From Candidatus Saccharimonadales bacterium (lineage in GTDB: Bacteria; Patescibacteriota; Saccharimonadia; QS-5-54-17), in the NCBI GenBank assembly GCA_040903985.1, contig JBBDUI010000002.1:29361-93360 (forward strand): a stretch of DNA of 64,000 nt, written 5' to 3'. Both the position numbers and the translations under genes were made by a program. Shown here piece after piece: positions 29,708-39,769 of the stretch. The notes beneath the pieces were generated by a model, which searched no databases, had not been told where the DNA came from, and worked only from the letters and a program-made list of their open reading frames with translations. Within the stretch, counting starts at the first letter, position 1, and each line of letters opens with the position of its first letter.

Positions 29708-31369
29708 ATGATATTGTCCGCCCACATTACAGAAAAGTCGTTCGGTAGTTCTCAGCTACATAGTAACGTTGATCTTGAGATTCAGGAGAGAGAGAAGGTC
29801 GGTCTGATTGGCCGCAACGGAACCGGAAAATCTACATTATTCCACATTTTAACTGGTGAGGATACCGACTACCAAGGCCAGATAAAGGTTAAGCGAGGCG
29901 CTACTGTAGTCAGTAGTCGGCAGGAACATTACGGTTTTGAGGCCAAGAGTGTCTTAGAGTACATTCTCGGTGACTTACCTGAGTATCAAGAACTAGCCCA
30001 CATCATCGATACCTATCCGCAGACGATGGGGAGCAATCCTCGTAAAATTCAAGCATATACCGATGCTCTAGAACGCTTCGGAAAACTAGAATACTTCGAG
30101 ATTGAAGGTGAGCTAGAACAGTCCCTAAAGCAATACCAGCTTACTACCACTAATCTGCACCAAAGTTTAGGCTCACTTAGTGGTGGTCAGAAGCGGATGG
30201 TAGAGTTGATCAAGATGCAGCGTAGTCGAGGGGATATCATTTTGATTGACGAACCGACCAACCACATGGATTACGTGGCTAAGAACACCTTTATCGAGTG
30301 GCTAGATGCAGCGAATGAGGCAGCTCTCATCGTCACACACGACCGAGACGTGCTGAATAACGTCGACCGTATCATCGAACTCCGTGACGGTATAAGCTAT
30401 TCATTTCGCGGTAATTATTCGAGCTACTTACGTACAAACAAAACTCAAGTCACATCTGAAGTTAGTACCTATGACTTAACCCAAAAAAGAATACAGACTC
30501 TCGAACAGGACGTCATCCGTTTTAAACGCATGAAGGAGAAGGCGCGAAACCCGGGCACCATTAAACGATTTAAGTCTCAAGAACTAAAAGCCCGAGCAGA
30601 ACTAAACAAGCTCTCAGAGCTGGAGAGGCCTTCATTCTGGATCGACCAGGAGACGGCACTTGAGATGAACGATAAGGTTACTAAGGCGTATGACAAGTAC
30701 AAGGCAACTAATATTCGCGTGAGTACACGTAAGAAACAGCGTGAGGGGAGCGGCAAGGTCCTAATTAAAATCGATAAGCTGAGCTTAGGCTATGACGAAG
30801 ATCCGCTATTCGATAAGCTGAGCTTAAGTTTACGCGAAGGAGAGCGTCTGCGGCTACATGGACGTAACGGAAGTGGTAAAACTACCTTAGTACAGGCCAT
30901 TATGGCTAGGGCGCAGCATGAGGTGTCACCATCACAGCAGTTCAGTGGTAATATCTGGATCGAGAATGGTATCCGGATCGGACTATACGAACAAGCAATC
31001 AGCCCAGGCTATCTATCCCTAACCTTAGCTGAGGCTATAGAGGGCATTCATCGGAGCTTAGATTTGCCGGTCAATCAACAACGCGTCAAACAGCTATTGA
31101 GCGACTATCTCTTTGATCCCGGTAGCGATGGTAAAACTCCGGTTAAGTTGCTAAGTGGCGGACAGAAAGCACGGTTGCAGCTGATAGCTATGCTAGCTGG
31201 TGATCCACAGATACTGATCCTCGATGAGCCGACCAACCACTTAGACCTCCCCAGTATTGAAGAGCTAGAGAATGCTCTATCCGACTATCATGGCGCTATC
31301 ATCTACGTCTCGCACGATAGTTTCTTCGCTGACAAACTAGGGGGCGAAGAAATAAAGATTGGTTCCTAG
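29708..31369 (+). CDS. ABC-F family ATPase
   Basis: Two ABC domains (GRNGTGKS, LSGGQ, DEPTNH twice), no TM; ATG 29708. Confidence 0.92.
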   Translation: MILSAHITEKSFGSSQLHSNVDLEIQEREKVGLIGRNGTGKSTLFHILTGEDTDYQGQIKVKRGATVVSSRQEHYGFEAKSVLEYILGDLPEYQELAHIIDTYPQTMGSNPRKIQAYTDALERFGKLEYFEIEGELEQSLKQYQLTTTNLHQSLGSLSGGQKRMVELIKMQRSRGDIILIDEPTNHMDYVAKNTFIEWLDAANEAALIVTHDRDVLNNVDRIIELRDGISYSFRGNYSSYLRTNKTQVTSEVSTYDLTQKRIQTLEQDVIRFKRMKEKARNPGTIKRFKSQELKARAELNKLSELERPSFWIDQETALEMNDKVTKAYDKYKATNIRVSTRKKQREGSGKVLIKIDKLSLGYDEDPLFDKLSLSLREGERLRLHGRNGSGKTTLVQAIMARAQHEVSPSQQFSGNIWIENGIRIGLYEQAISPGYLSLTLAEAIEGIHRSLDLPVNQQRVKQLLSDYLFDPGSDGKTPVKLLSGGQKARLQLIAMLAGDPQILILDEPTNHLDLPSIEELENALSDYHGAIIYVSHDSFFADKLGGEEIKIGS

Positions 31370-31414
31370 TCAATAAGCTACTCTTAATTAGTGGGGCTAG
31401 AGGGCTTTTAAGCC

Positions 31415-31693
31415 TTAGTTAGTATTTCTAGCTAAAACATAATCGTAAGGGGATGGGAGCTGTAGGGGTGGCTTCTCGATTGCCTCAGCTTCATTCTTTT
31501 CTGCTCTCAACACACCGGCCCCGATTAGCTGCAGCTCCATCTTCTCGCTTGAATGTTTAAGTCTCGTGAGTCGAGCGTGAAGTTCAGCATTCTCACGATC
31601 AATGTTGACGTAATGAATGCCATAACCTACCATACCCGCCAAAACAACGGAGAAGGCGACTACGAGAGTAAATACAAGTTTAGAAATATACAC
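31415..31693 (-). CDS. Small single-TM coiled-coil protein
   Basis: N-terminal hydrophobic helix, AAGGAG RBS. Confidence 0.55.
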   Translation of the reverse strand: MYISKLVFTLVVAFSVVLAGMVGYGIHYVNIDRENAELHARLTRLKHSSEKMELQLIGAGVLRAEKNEAEAIEKPPLQLPSPYDYVLARNTN

Positions 31694-31756
31694 TACTCAC
31701 ACTCCTTGGCACACATATACTATAGTTATATAGTAACTTTTTATCGTCGCTCTATC

Positions 31757-31772
31757 CGTGACAAAACGCACA
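31757..31772 (-). promoter_or_regulatory. CRP-like box (class II position)
   Basis: CGTGA-N6-GCACA; minus-strand -10 TACTAT at 31735-31730. Confidence 0.55.
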
Positions 31773-31836
31773 ACCCCGGTGCTAACAAGATAGCTCGTTA
31801 ATTACAATTAAGTAGGTCTTACTCAGTAAATGGGGG

Positions 31837-32514
31837 TTAAGAGTAAGCTAGCTGCTTAAGCCGTTTTACATCATTAACGGTGATGTATTGGGTGCTATCA
31901 GTAGTAATAATTTGCTCCTGTCGAAGCTTAGATATCTCACGTGAGACTGTTTCTCGAGCGACACTTAATACGTAAGCTAAATCCTGATGAGTCAACGGAG
32001 CTATGATTCGGATCCCAACATCAGAGAACTCACCAAAGGTAGTAGCATAGAAAAGAAGCTGATGTGCTAGGCGCTGATAGGATGAGCGAAGTGCCAGATT
32101 CTCTAAACGTTGAATATTAGAAGTCAGTCTCTCACCGGCCACCTTTAGCAAATCACGATAAATCAATGGATCATGTTCTAAATCGGATGACAGTGTGGCC
32201 GCCTCTAGACCATACAGCTCGACACTAGACATCGCCTCATAATAGAAAGTCTCGGGCCCTCTATACAGATCTTGATCAAAAATCTCCTTCATAACTACCG
32301 TTAAGGGGAATACTGAACCGGCCCCGTATACACTTTGAATACTTTGTAGACCATCAGCAGTGATGAGGTAACGTTTAACAAAACCTGATTTAACCATTAA
32401 TACCAGCTGAGTTTCGTCATCTGTAGTCTGGATGAGCTCACCTTTACTGTAGGTCCTTGTTTTGCCCTGGCGTAAGGCTATTTCGAGATCGGTAAGTTTC
32501 ATGTCATTACTCAT
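31837..32514 (-). CDS. Crp/Fnr family regulator
   Basis: cNMP-type beta-roll; PLTHQDLA...ARETVSR HTH. Confidence 0.92.
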   Translation of the reverse strand: MSNDMKLTDLEIALRQGKTRTYSKGELIQTTDDETQLVLMVKSGFVKRYLITADGLQSIQSVYGAGSVFPLTVVMKEIFDQDLYRGPETFYYEAMSSVELYGLEAATLSSDLEHDPLIYRDLLKVAGERLTSNIQRLENLALRSSYQRLAHQLLFYATTFGEFSDVGIRIIAPLTHQDLAYVLSVARETVSREISKLRQEQIITTDSTQYITVNDVKRLKQLAYS

Positions 32515-32660
32515 GGTTAAACTAATACAACCACTTTCGGCCTATTAGAGTCAACATGAGTCGTATCGATGGCAGTATCTAGCTCCACACATCATCTTCT
32601 ATTCCTCTACTTATAGGTGGTATAATAGACAATCAATTTAAACTTATACAAGGTTTATTT

Positions 32661-33587
32661 ATGTCAGAGAGATATCAGCGGCCTAGCGAAAGATTTTCTG
32701 ATTACGCTGCGGATAGCGGTGTCTTGCTTTTTGAGCAGTACGCTGGTGAGGAGCCAAACGTCGGTGAACGGTGGAAATATTACGATTTGGCAACCTCGCC
32801 CATTGACTTTGAGCATGAAATATTGAGCCTGCTTGATCTTGATGCCGACGCAATCGTGGCAGATGTCGGATGTGAGAGGGCTACCCTACTTCAAGATATG
32901 CGCTTAAGGTACCGGCATCGTGGCGCTCTAATCGGAGTTGATCTCTATCCTGAGAAGTTAGCGGCGGTTTCCCAAGAACTGAACGACCTCGGGGCCGAAG
33001 GTATTCACTTTATAGCCGGAAATGCTAAAGAGTTACCGCTAAAAACCGATTCTCTAGACGCACTGTTCTGCCTATTTATGCTCTACCACCTAGAAGACCC
33101 CAGGGAAGGATTAAGCGAGATTAGACGTACCGTTAAACCTGGCGGTAAAATCCTAATCAGTACTAGCGGTAAGACTAATAAGAGACGCCACCGTGAGATA
33201 GAAATGGAGATTGCTTCCTATCTAGGCATAAAGCCGCCGCCAATATTTACATCTTCATTTAACTCTATTATCGCTGCAGAAGAGTTGCCGAAGTGGTTTC
33301 AAGTGCAGGGGCGAATCCGCCAGGCCGGATGGGCTAAGATCAAAAGTCAGTCGGGGTATGAAATTTACCGAAACTCGCTTGCTACTATGAGAAGCACCTT
33401 TAGCCCAGCGCCTAGTGATGAGCAGTGGGATGATGCCATTCGTAATGTTTTGGTACCAGCTATAAACTACGATATCGACCAGCAACCGATGTACGATGGG
33501 AGCGGCACCTTACAACCACGTTACTTCCGAGATACAGTTGAACGCGACTTCTTTATCTGTGTTAATAACGAGCCGCACACTGGCTGA
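32661..33587 (+). CDS. Class I SAM-dependent methyltransferase
   Basis: VADVGC, GVDL, LYHL, EIRRTVKPGG. Confidence 0.8.
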   Translation: MSERYQRPSERFSDYAADSGVLLFEQYAGEEPNVGERWKYYDLATSPIDFEHEILSLLDLDADAIVADVGCERATLLQDMRLRYRHRGALIGVDLYPEKLAAVSQELNDLGAEGIHFIAGNAKELPLKTDSLDALFCLFMLYHLEDPREGLSEIRRTVKPGGKILISTSGKTNKRRHREIEMEIASYLGIKPPPIFTSSFNSIIAAEELPKWFQVQGRIRQAGWAKIKSQSGYEIYRNSLATMRSTFSPAPSDEQWDDAIRNVLVPAINYDIDQQPMYDGSGTLQPRYFRDTVERDFFICVNNEPHTG

Positions 33588-33736
33588 GTGGAGCGATTTA
33601 GTCACCCTAACTCCAATACAAAAACTATTAATAAAAACCCAACCGGGACCTTAACTTAGACTCAAATAAGATCATACGACAACCTGAACTTTGCCCCAAA
33701 ATGTTATAATCAAAAGAGCTGTAACGGAGAGGTAAA

Positions 33737-34186
33737 ATGCCGAGCCCGTATAAGTCGCTGTCCCTAACGGTCGGTGTGCACTTTTTAATTATGTTTGCGC
33801 TAACCTATGTCGCGGTTAATGCATTTAGCGATATATTGTTCAGTTTAAATAAACTTTATATGGCCGTGATCATGGTAGTACCTATGGTAGTCCTAATGCT
33901 ACTGTTCATGAGCCATATGTTTGAGAATAAAAAGCTTAATAAGCTAATCTACCTAGCCAGTGCAGCTCTATTCCTGCTAATTTTTGTAGCCATTCGTGAC
34001 CAAACTTTTAGTGACAACGAACGTTTCCTTAGCTCTATGATTCCGCATCACTCTAGTGCAATCGTCATGTGTGAGCGTTCAGAGTTAACCGATCCGGAAA
34101 TCATCACACTCTGTGAAGAGATAGTGGAAACTCAAAAAAAAGAAATCGATCAAATGAATGCCATTCGCACGCGGTTAAACCGGTAG
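33737..34186 (+). CDS. DUF305 domain membrane protein
   Basis: FLSSMIPHHSSAI, QKKEIDQM. Confidence 0.85.
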   Translation: MPSPYKSLSLTVGVHFLIMFALTYVAVNAFSDILFSLNKLYMAVIMVVPMVVLMLLFMSHMFENKKLNKLIYLASAALFLLIFVAIRDQTFSDNERFLSSMIPHHSSAIVMCERSELTDPEIITLCEEIVETQKKEIDQMNAIRTRLNR

Positions 34187-34301
34187 CAGCTAATCGGCCC
34201 CCCGATTTCTCGCTTGACGTTAAACTATCTCTATCTGTAGGGCGCTCCTAGTCGGTGGATGGTGTAGAATATTAGGTGATGCAGGATAATGGAGCAACTA
34301 A

Positions 34302-35240
34302 ATGGCTACAACCTCAAAGAATGCTGCGAAAAAAAGTCTTAGATTTGAAAATAACACTGACCTGCTGCTCTACGGCTTAATATTTATCCTCTGGTATGCT
34401 TATCTGTTCATGACCCTGGCAACGCCAATCGATGTACCATATGATCTGTCTAACAATATAGTTTTAACTTTACGCATAACTATAGCTGCACCGTTTTTAG
34501 CTATCTGGTTCTCCGGCATCTATGCTTACATCAGAACAATTGCTTACAGCCACGCCTTAAGGGGGTGGGCTGGTGAGATTGCCTTTAAGCGCATAGCCTA
34601 CGGTATCCTCTTTCTGTTAAGTGGAGCAATCATCCCCTCGCTACTTAGCACTTCCTCTAACTATTTCAGCCTAGACGGTGGTTCTGAAATTATAGTAACG
34701 GTTTTAATTAACTATTTCCGAGTAGTGCCATACTTAATAGCTTTTCTATTGTTCTTCGATGGAGTCCGTCGGTTAAGTCGAGCTGAGAATATATTTATCC
34801 CTGTTAAACGAGCTGTTGTTACACTTGCTCCGTTATTAATTCTAGCCTTCGTTTGGCTTGAGATAATCTTCAGTAATCCGCTTAGGACTGATGGCATATA
34901 CCATCTGCGGGATAGTTTGATTATCTTAACCCTAGTCCTGCCGTCGCTTACTGCCTGGGCTCTGGGCGGACTGGCCGCGCTCAGTTTTCACAACTACGCG
35001 GCTAAAGTAAGTGGAACCATCTACGCTAAGGCCCTTAAGTTTTTCGTAGTCGGTTTAGTGGCCGTAGTCTTCAGCTCTATCATGCTACAATCGTTTACTT
35101 CACTCGGCACTGAACGATTGCTAGAGCTCCGCATTCGAGAACTTCTACTGATCATATACATTTTTCTAGGTTTACAAGGCAGTGGATATTTCTTTATGGC
35201 TAGAGGGGCAAAAAAACTTACTAAGATTGAAGTTGTCTAG
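34302..35240 (+). CDS. Multi-pass membrane protein, putative sensor
   Basis: About 8 TM segments; first gene of kinase operon. Confidence 0.65.
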   Translation: MATTSKNAAKKSLRFENNTDLLLYGLIFILWYAYLFMTLATPIDVPYDLSNNIVLTLRITIAAPFLAIWFSGIYAYIRTIAYSHALRGWAGEIAFKRIAYGILFLLSGAIIPSLLSTSSNYFSLDGGSEIIVTVLINYFRVVPYLIAFLLFFDGVRRLSRAENIFIPVKRAVVTLAPLLILAFVWLEIIFSNPLRTDGIYHLRDSLIILTLVLPSLTAWALGGLAALSFHNYAAKVSGTIYAKALKFFVVGLVAVVFSSIMLQSFTSLGTERLLELRIRELLLIIYIFLGLQGSGYFFMARGAKKLTKIEVV

Positions 35241-35242
35241 TT

Positions 35243-35476
35243 ATGGATTCTATTTATCAGAAGGCACTGAGAGTTACCTCCGACTACCTCGGTCCGGCAG
35301 CTGATCGTTTCTTACGACGCCAGATATCATTTCATCTAGAGAAAGAACCAGAACACCTAACGCCTGCCGACGTACCCTTACTAGCGGAATGGGTAAAGGT
35401 ATCAATCGCCATCTTGACCGAGGATAAGCAGATGGTTGATGAGTTCGGTAAACGTTTTAAAGCTTTGGTCGAGTAA
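35243..35476 (+). CDS. Small helical protein in kinase operon
   Basis: 77 aa, YLGPAADRFL motif, 2-nt gaps to both neighbours. Confidence 0.7.
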   Translation: MDSIYQKALRVTSDYLGPAADRFLRRQISFHLEKEPEHLTPADVPLLAEWVKVSIAILTEDKQMVDEFGKRFKALVE

Positions 35477-35478
35477 AA

Positions 35479-36621
35479 ATGAGTAGTTCGCAAAAGCTGC
35501 CAAGTAATGCCGCTAAGCTCGATGAGTTGATGGAGGTGTACGTTAGCCGGCTAGAGAAGAAAGTGGCCATGGAAAGTAAAAGCTTACAGATGATGGCCGA
35601 TGCTGTGCCACAGATAGTCTGGATGGCCGATCCCGAGGGAAAACCAGACTACTACAATATGCGGTGGTATGCCTATACTGGCCTCCCTCCCGGTTCGGAA
35701 GGCAGAACGCTAAACTGGAGTAAAGTTCTACACCCAGAGGACGAACAGAAAGTTAAAACAGCCTGGCAGCACTCGGTCAAGACAGGAGAAACCTTCGAAG
35801 AGGAGTTTAGGTTAAAGAAGCACGAAACCGGTCAGTACCGCTGGTTTCTAGGTCGAGCAAGATGTGGTCGTGACCCTAAAGGAGACGTCATGCGGTGGTT
35901 TGGCACGAGTACAGATATTCATGAGTACAAACAAGCCCAGCAGGATAAAGATGAGTTTATCGCCATTGCCAGTCATGAGCTGAAAACACCTATTACTAGC
36001 ATTAAGCTGTTTACCGAGGTGATTAAGCGACAATTATCTGAAAAGCGTGACCAAAAGTTAGTCCAGCAGTTCAACCTAATGGATGGTCAGGTGATGCGCC
36101 TTAGTAATCTAGTAGATGATCTGCTTGATATATCACGCTTAGACGCTAGCAAACTAGACTTCCGTCAGGAGAAGTTTAATATCGATCAATTGATAGATGA
36201 TACAGTGAGCAATTTCAGACTAACCAGCGCAGATCACATCTTTCATACGGAAAGCACTCCAAACTTATTGGTCTGCGCCGATAAGCATCGGGTTGAGCAA
36301 GTGCTAGTAAACCTCATCACAAACGGCATTAAGTATTCTCCCGACGGCAGTACTATAACCATAGCGGTGAAACGCCAGAAGATGATGGTGATAGTAAGCG
36401 TAAAAGACGAAGGGATAGGTATACCGAAGTCACAACAAAAACAGATCTTCACTCGTTTTTTCCGTGTCGATGATCCACGCAAGAAGCAGGATTCCACAGG
36501 ATTAGGCCTCGGTTTATATATTTCGGCCGAAATAGTTAAACGGGAAGGCGGCAAAATATGGCTGGAAAGTACAGCCAACAAAGGATCTACCTTCTACTTC
36601 AGTCTACCGCTTGCCGTTTAA
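35479..36621 (+). CDS. PAS-domain sensor histidine kinase
   Basis: PAS/PAC (VLHPED, YRWF), ASHELKTP, NLITNGIKYS, DEGIGI, GLGLGL. Confidence 0.95.
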   Translation: MSSSQKLPSNAAKLDELMEVYVSRLEKKVAMESKSLQMMADAVPQIVWMADPEGKPDYYNMRWYAYTGLPPGSEGRTLNWSKVLHPEDEQKVKTAWQHSVKTGETFEEEFRLKKHETGQYRWFLGRARCGRDPKGDVMRWFGTSTDIHEYKQAQQDKDEFIAIASHELKTPITSIKLFTEVIKRQLSEKRDQKLVQQFNLMDGQVMRLSNLVDDLLDISRLDASKLDFRQEKFNIDQLIDDTVSNFRLTSADHIFHTESTPNLLVCADKHRVEQVLVNLITNGIKYSPDGSTITIAVKRQKMMVIVSVKDEGIGIPKSQQKQIFTRFFRVDDPRKKQDSTGLGLGLYISAEIVKREGGKIWLESTANKGSTFYFSLPLAV

Positions 36622-36771
36622 ATCAGCCGCCGGTAATCACTAAGATTCCCGCTACAGGAATTAAAAATGATACTATGTAACATGATATACCATCGACTAT
36701 AAAGTAAGTCGTGGTACTATCCGCTACTAGTTGCTAAATAAACACTTAACACCTATGGAGTAGAGATAGTT

Positions 36772-37173
36772 ATGAGCCGAAAGACTAAAACGCACAAAAT
36801 TTTAATCATAGATGATGAGGCAGCTATTCTTAGCGCCTTGGAATTGTTTCTAGAACAAGAAGGTTATGAGGCAGAAGTTTCAACTAGTTTCGAGAAGTAT
36901 CTCAAGTCATCCAAGCGACCTCGACTTCCAGATCTAATTATCCTCGACATTTTACTCGGTAATGAAGATGGACGTGCTATCGCTCGCCGCTTCAAAGCTA
37001 GTACCGTAACCCAACGCATACCGATTATTATGATTTCAGCTCATCCAGATATAGCCGAGATGTCCCGAAGCGCCGGTGCAGACGCCTATCTGCCTAAACC
37101 GTTTAATACTGAGGTTATCTTGCAGACTATCGATAGGCTGCTTGAAGCAGCGCCTTCATCCTCTTTGAGCTAG
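36772..37173 (+). CDS. Single-domain response regulator
   Basis: IIDDE, PDLIILDI, MISA, KPF. Confidence 0.93.
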   Translation: MSRKTKTHKILIIDDEAAILSALELFLEQEGYEAEVSTSFEKYLKSSKRPRLPDLIILDILLGNEDGRAIARRFKASTVTQRIPIIMISAHPDIAEMSRSAGADAYLPKPFNTEVILQTIDRLLEAAPSSSLS

Positions 37174-37299
37174 CTAATATCATCAGCTTTCAGCTCCGCG
37201 ATACGGGTGCGTAAACTGGCTTACACAAGCTTTTATTGTCTGTAGCAACTGAGTAGTGTACACTATTAAGCATAATAACTTAGTAAATAAATACGCCAC

Positions 37300-37986
37300 A
37301 TGGATTCACATTTAGTTCTAATTGCGCTGCACCTACTCGGATTTGCTTTCGGTGTGGGTGGAGCTACGGCTAGCGATGCTATTTTCGTTCGATCCGTAAA
37401 GGACGGTAAGGTTACCCGAAGTGAGTACAACATCCTTAAGACTGTATCGATAATCGTTTGGACTAGCGTCACCATCCTCATTCTTTCTGGCACCCTCTTG
37501 ATGTTACTCGAACTACAGCAGGGAGGAGACATACCACGACTTGGCTTTAGCTTCTTTCAACTTAAACTGACCGCTTTCGCCTTGCTAGTAGCTAATGGCG
37601 TCGTCTTCCATTTCAGGGTTTTTCCCTTGCTCAAGAGTACTATCGGGCAGTCGTTTAGAGAAGAGGGTGTACGACATAAATACTGGCTATTTGCACTAAC
37701 TGGTGGGATATCTATCGTTTCCTGGTATACGGCCTTTCTAGCCGTAGCCTTCTCTAGTGTGCTGATAGATTACCCTTATCTATTCCTACTCAACATCTAT
37801 GGCCTGCTAATCTGTGGAGCTGCTCTGAGTGCTTACCTCGTACTTCATTCCTTCGCTATGGAGAGGGGACTAGTCTGGACTCTATCTACCATCTACCGTC
37901 ATCCATTCGTAGTTAAGATGGTATTAGTCGGTCTACTCCTAGTAAGCGGTCTACTAGCGCAGGGCTATGAACTATTTCTGACCTAG
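37300..37986 (+). CDS. Membrane protein
   Basis: HLLGFAFGVGGAT; multiple TM helices. Confidence 0.65.
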   Translation: MDSHLVLIALHLLGFAFGVGGATASDAIFVRSVKDGKVTRSEYNILKTVSIIVWTSVTILILSGTLLMLLELQQGGDIPRLGFSFFQLKLTAFALLVANGVVFHFRVFPLLKSTIGQSFREEGVRHKYWLFALTGGISIVSWYTAFLAVAFSSVLIDYPYLFLLNIYGLLICGAALSAYLVLHSFAMERGLVWTLSTIYRHPFVVKMVLVGLLLVSGLLAQGYELFLT

Positions 37987-38031
37987 TCTAAATGAAGCGA
38001 GAAAACAAATAATTGGAGTTGGAGAGTACAA

Positions 38032-39684
38032 ATGGATAACTTAAAACGACAGATAGAACAGTTAGTTGAAGGTGATGTCAGCGCTGCCACGACAGATTTA
38101 GAGCGAGCCAGTCATGATGCCAGCCTATTTGAGATCGTGCCTGAGCTGGTAGTAGCCCCGAAGACCAGCGACGATGTTGCCGCTCTAATAGGATTTGTCA
38201 CCGCCCAAAAGACCGAACATGCAAACCTCTCTCTGACTGCCCGGAGCGGCGGTACCGATATGAGCGGTGGGGCGGTGAATGAGTCAATCATAGTCGATAT
38301 GAATAAATACCTGACCAAGATCGGCCAAGTAGAGGAGATGCGGATCTCGACCCAGCCCGGTGCCTTCTACCGTGACTTTGAAGCAAAAACCCTGGAACAT
38401 GGATTAATCATGCCCTCCTATCCTGCCTCGCGCGAACTTTGTACCGTCGGTGGCATGGTAGCAAACAACGCGGGAGGGGAGAAGTCGCTGCAATACGGCA
38501 AGACTGAGCGCTTCGTCGCCGAGCTGGAGGTAGTCTTAGCAGATGGTAAAAAATACCACATCCGCCCCCTAAATCGGCAGGAACTGGACGCTAAGATAGC
38601 TCAGGGTGATTACGAGGGCAATCTCTACCAGGCCATATTCGAGCTAATCGATAAAAACTACGACCTCATTCAGGCTGCTCGCCCCCAGGTTAGCAAGGAT
38701 TCGACCGGCTATCATCTCTGGAACGTTTGGGACCGTGACAAAGAGATATTTGACCTCACTCAGCTCATTACCGGCTCCCAGGGTACGCTCGGTTTAGTAA
38801 CCGACATCCGCTTTCGTTTAGTCATCGCACCTCAGCACTCTGGTACTCTAGTCATTTTCCTGCGCGAAACTAAAGATCTAGGCCAATTAATTAACGACGT
38901 CTTAGCCCACGCGCCGGCCACTTTCGAAGGATTCGATAACTACACTTTAATGCTTAGTTTTAAGCTTTTCTTTTACTTCCGGAAGAATCTAGGCTGGTGG
39001 GGGATGATCAAGCTTGGCATACAGTTAATCCCCGATGCGATCAAACTCTTACGCGGCATCCCGAAAATGGTGCTCTTAGTTGAGTTTAATGGCGCTACAC
39101 CCGAAGAGGTGGCCGACAAAGTATCCGCTATGCATACTGCACTCAAGCCTTACGGACACGACGCCTTATTCGAGGAGGATGAGACTGAAGCTAAAGCGCG
39201 TAAGTTCTGGATTATGCGCCGGGAAAGTTTTAACTTACTAAGAAGCAAGGTGAAGAATAAGCACACCGCCCCGTTCATCGACGACCTAGTCGTTCCCCCA
39301 GAACACTTACCGCAGTTTCTACCCGAAGTACGTGCGATTATTAATAAGTACAAGTTACTAGCTACGATCGCCGGCCACATGGGTGACGGCAACTTCCATA
39401 TCATCCCACTGATGGAGATCGAGAAACAATCGGAGCGGGACAAACTGGAGCCGGCAATGCGTGAGGTAAACGAACTAGTTCTAAAATACGGCGGCTCTCT
39501 TTCTGGTGAGCATAACGACGGTTTAGTACGCGGCCCATGGCTAGAAGAAATGTACGGTACAGAGATGTATGGCATCCTCAAGCAGGTCAAGCAGATATTC
39601 GATCCGCAGAACATCTTTAATCCACACAAAAAGACCGATGCTACTTGGGAATACTCTAGCGCCCATATTCGGAAGAAGTTCTAA
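38032..39684 (+). CDS. FAD-binding oxidoreductase (GlcD/D-lactate dehydrogenase-like)
   Basis: RSGGTDMSG, CTVGGMVANNAGG, GHMGDGNFH, SGEHNDG. Confidence 0.9.
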   Translation: MDNLKRQIEQLVEGDVSAATTDLERASHDASLFEIVPELVVAPKTSDDVAALIGFVTAQKTEHANLSLTARSGGTDMSGGAVNESIIVDMNKYLTKIGQVEEMRISTQPGAFYRDFEAKTLEHGLIMPSYPASRELCTVGGMVANNAGGEKSLQYGKTERFVAELEVVLADGKKYHIRPLNRQELDAKIAQGDYEGNLYQAIFELIDKNYDLIQAARPQVSKDSTGYHLWNVWDRDKEIFDLTQLITGSQGTLGLVTDIRFRLVIAPQHSGTLVIFLRETKDLGQLINDVLAHAPATFEGFDNYTLMLSFKLFFYFRKNLGWWGMIKLGIQLIPDAIKLLRGIPKMVLLVEFNGATPEEVADKVSAMHTALKPYGHDALFEEDETEAKARKFWIMRRESFNLLRSKVKNKHTAPFIDDLVVPPEHLPQFLPEVRAIINKYKLLATIAGHMGDGNFHIIPLMEIEKQSERDKLEPAMREVNELVLKYGGSLSGEHNDGLVRGPWLEEMYGTEMYGILKQVKQIFDPQNIFNPHKKTDATWEYSSAHIRKKF

Positions 39685-39769
39685 GCCCTCCATCCTGATT
39701 AAAGGCCCTGAAATGCTATAATAACTAGACTGATTAGTGAAAATTAATTGCGATTAAGGTAGGACTGTT

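Noticed and set aside
30771-30828. TCGATAAGCTGAGCTTA duplicated inside the ABC-F gene
   Set aside because: Encodes DKLSL twice in frame; no sign of separate function.
36676-36691. Possible fourth CRP box upstream of the response regulator
   Set aside because: The second half-site matches poorly.
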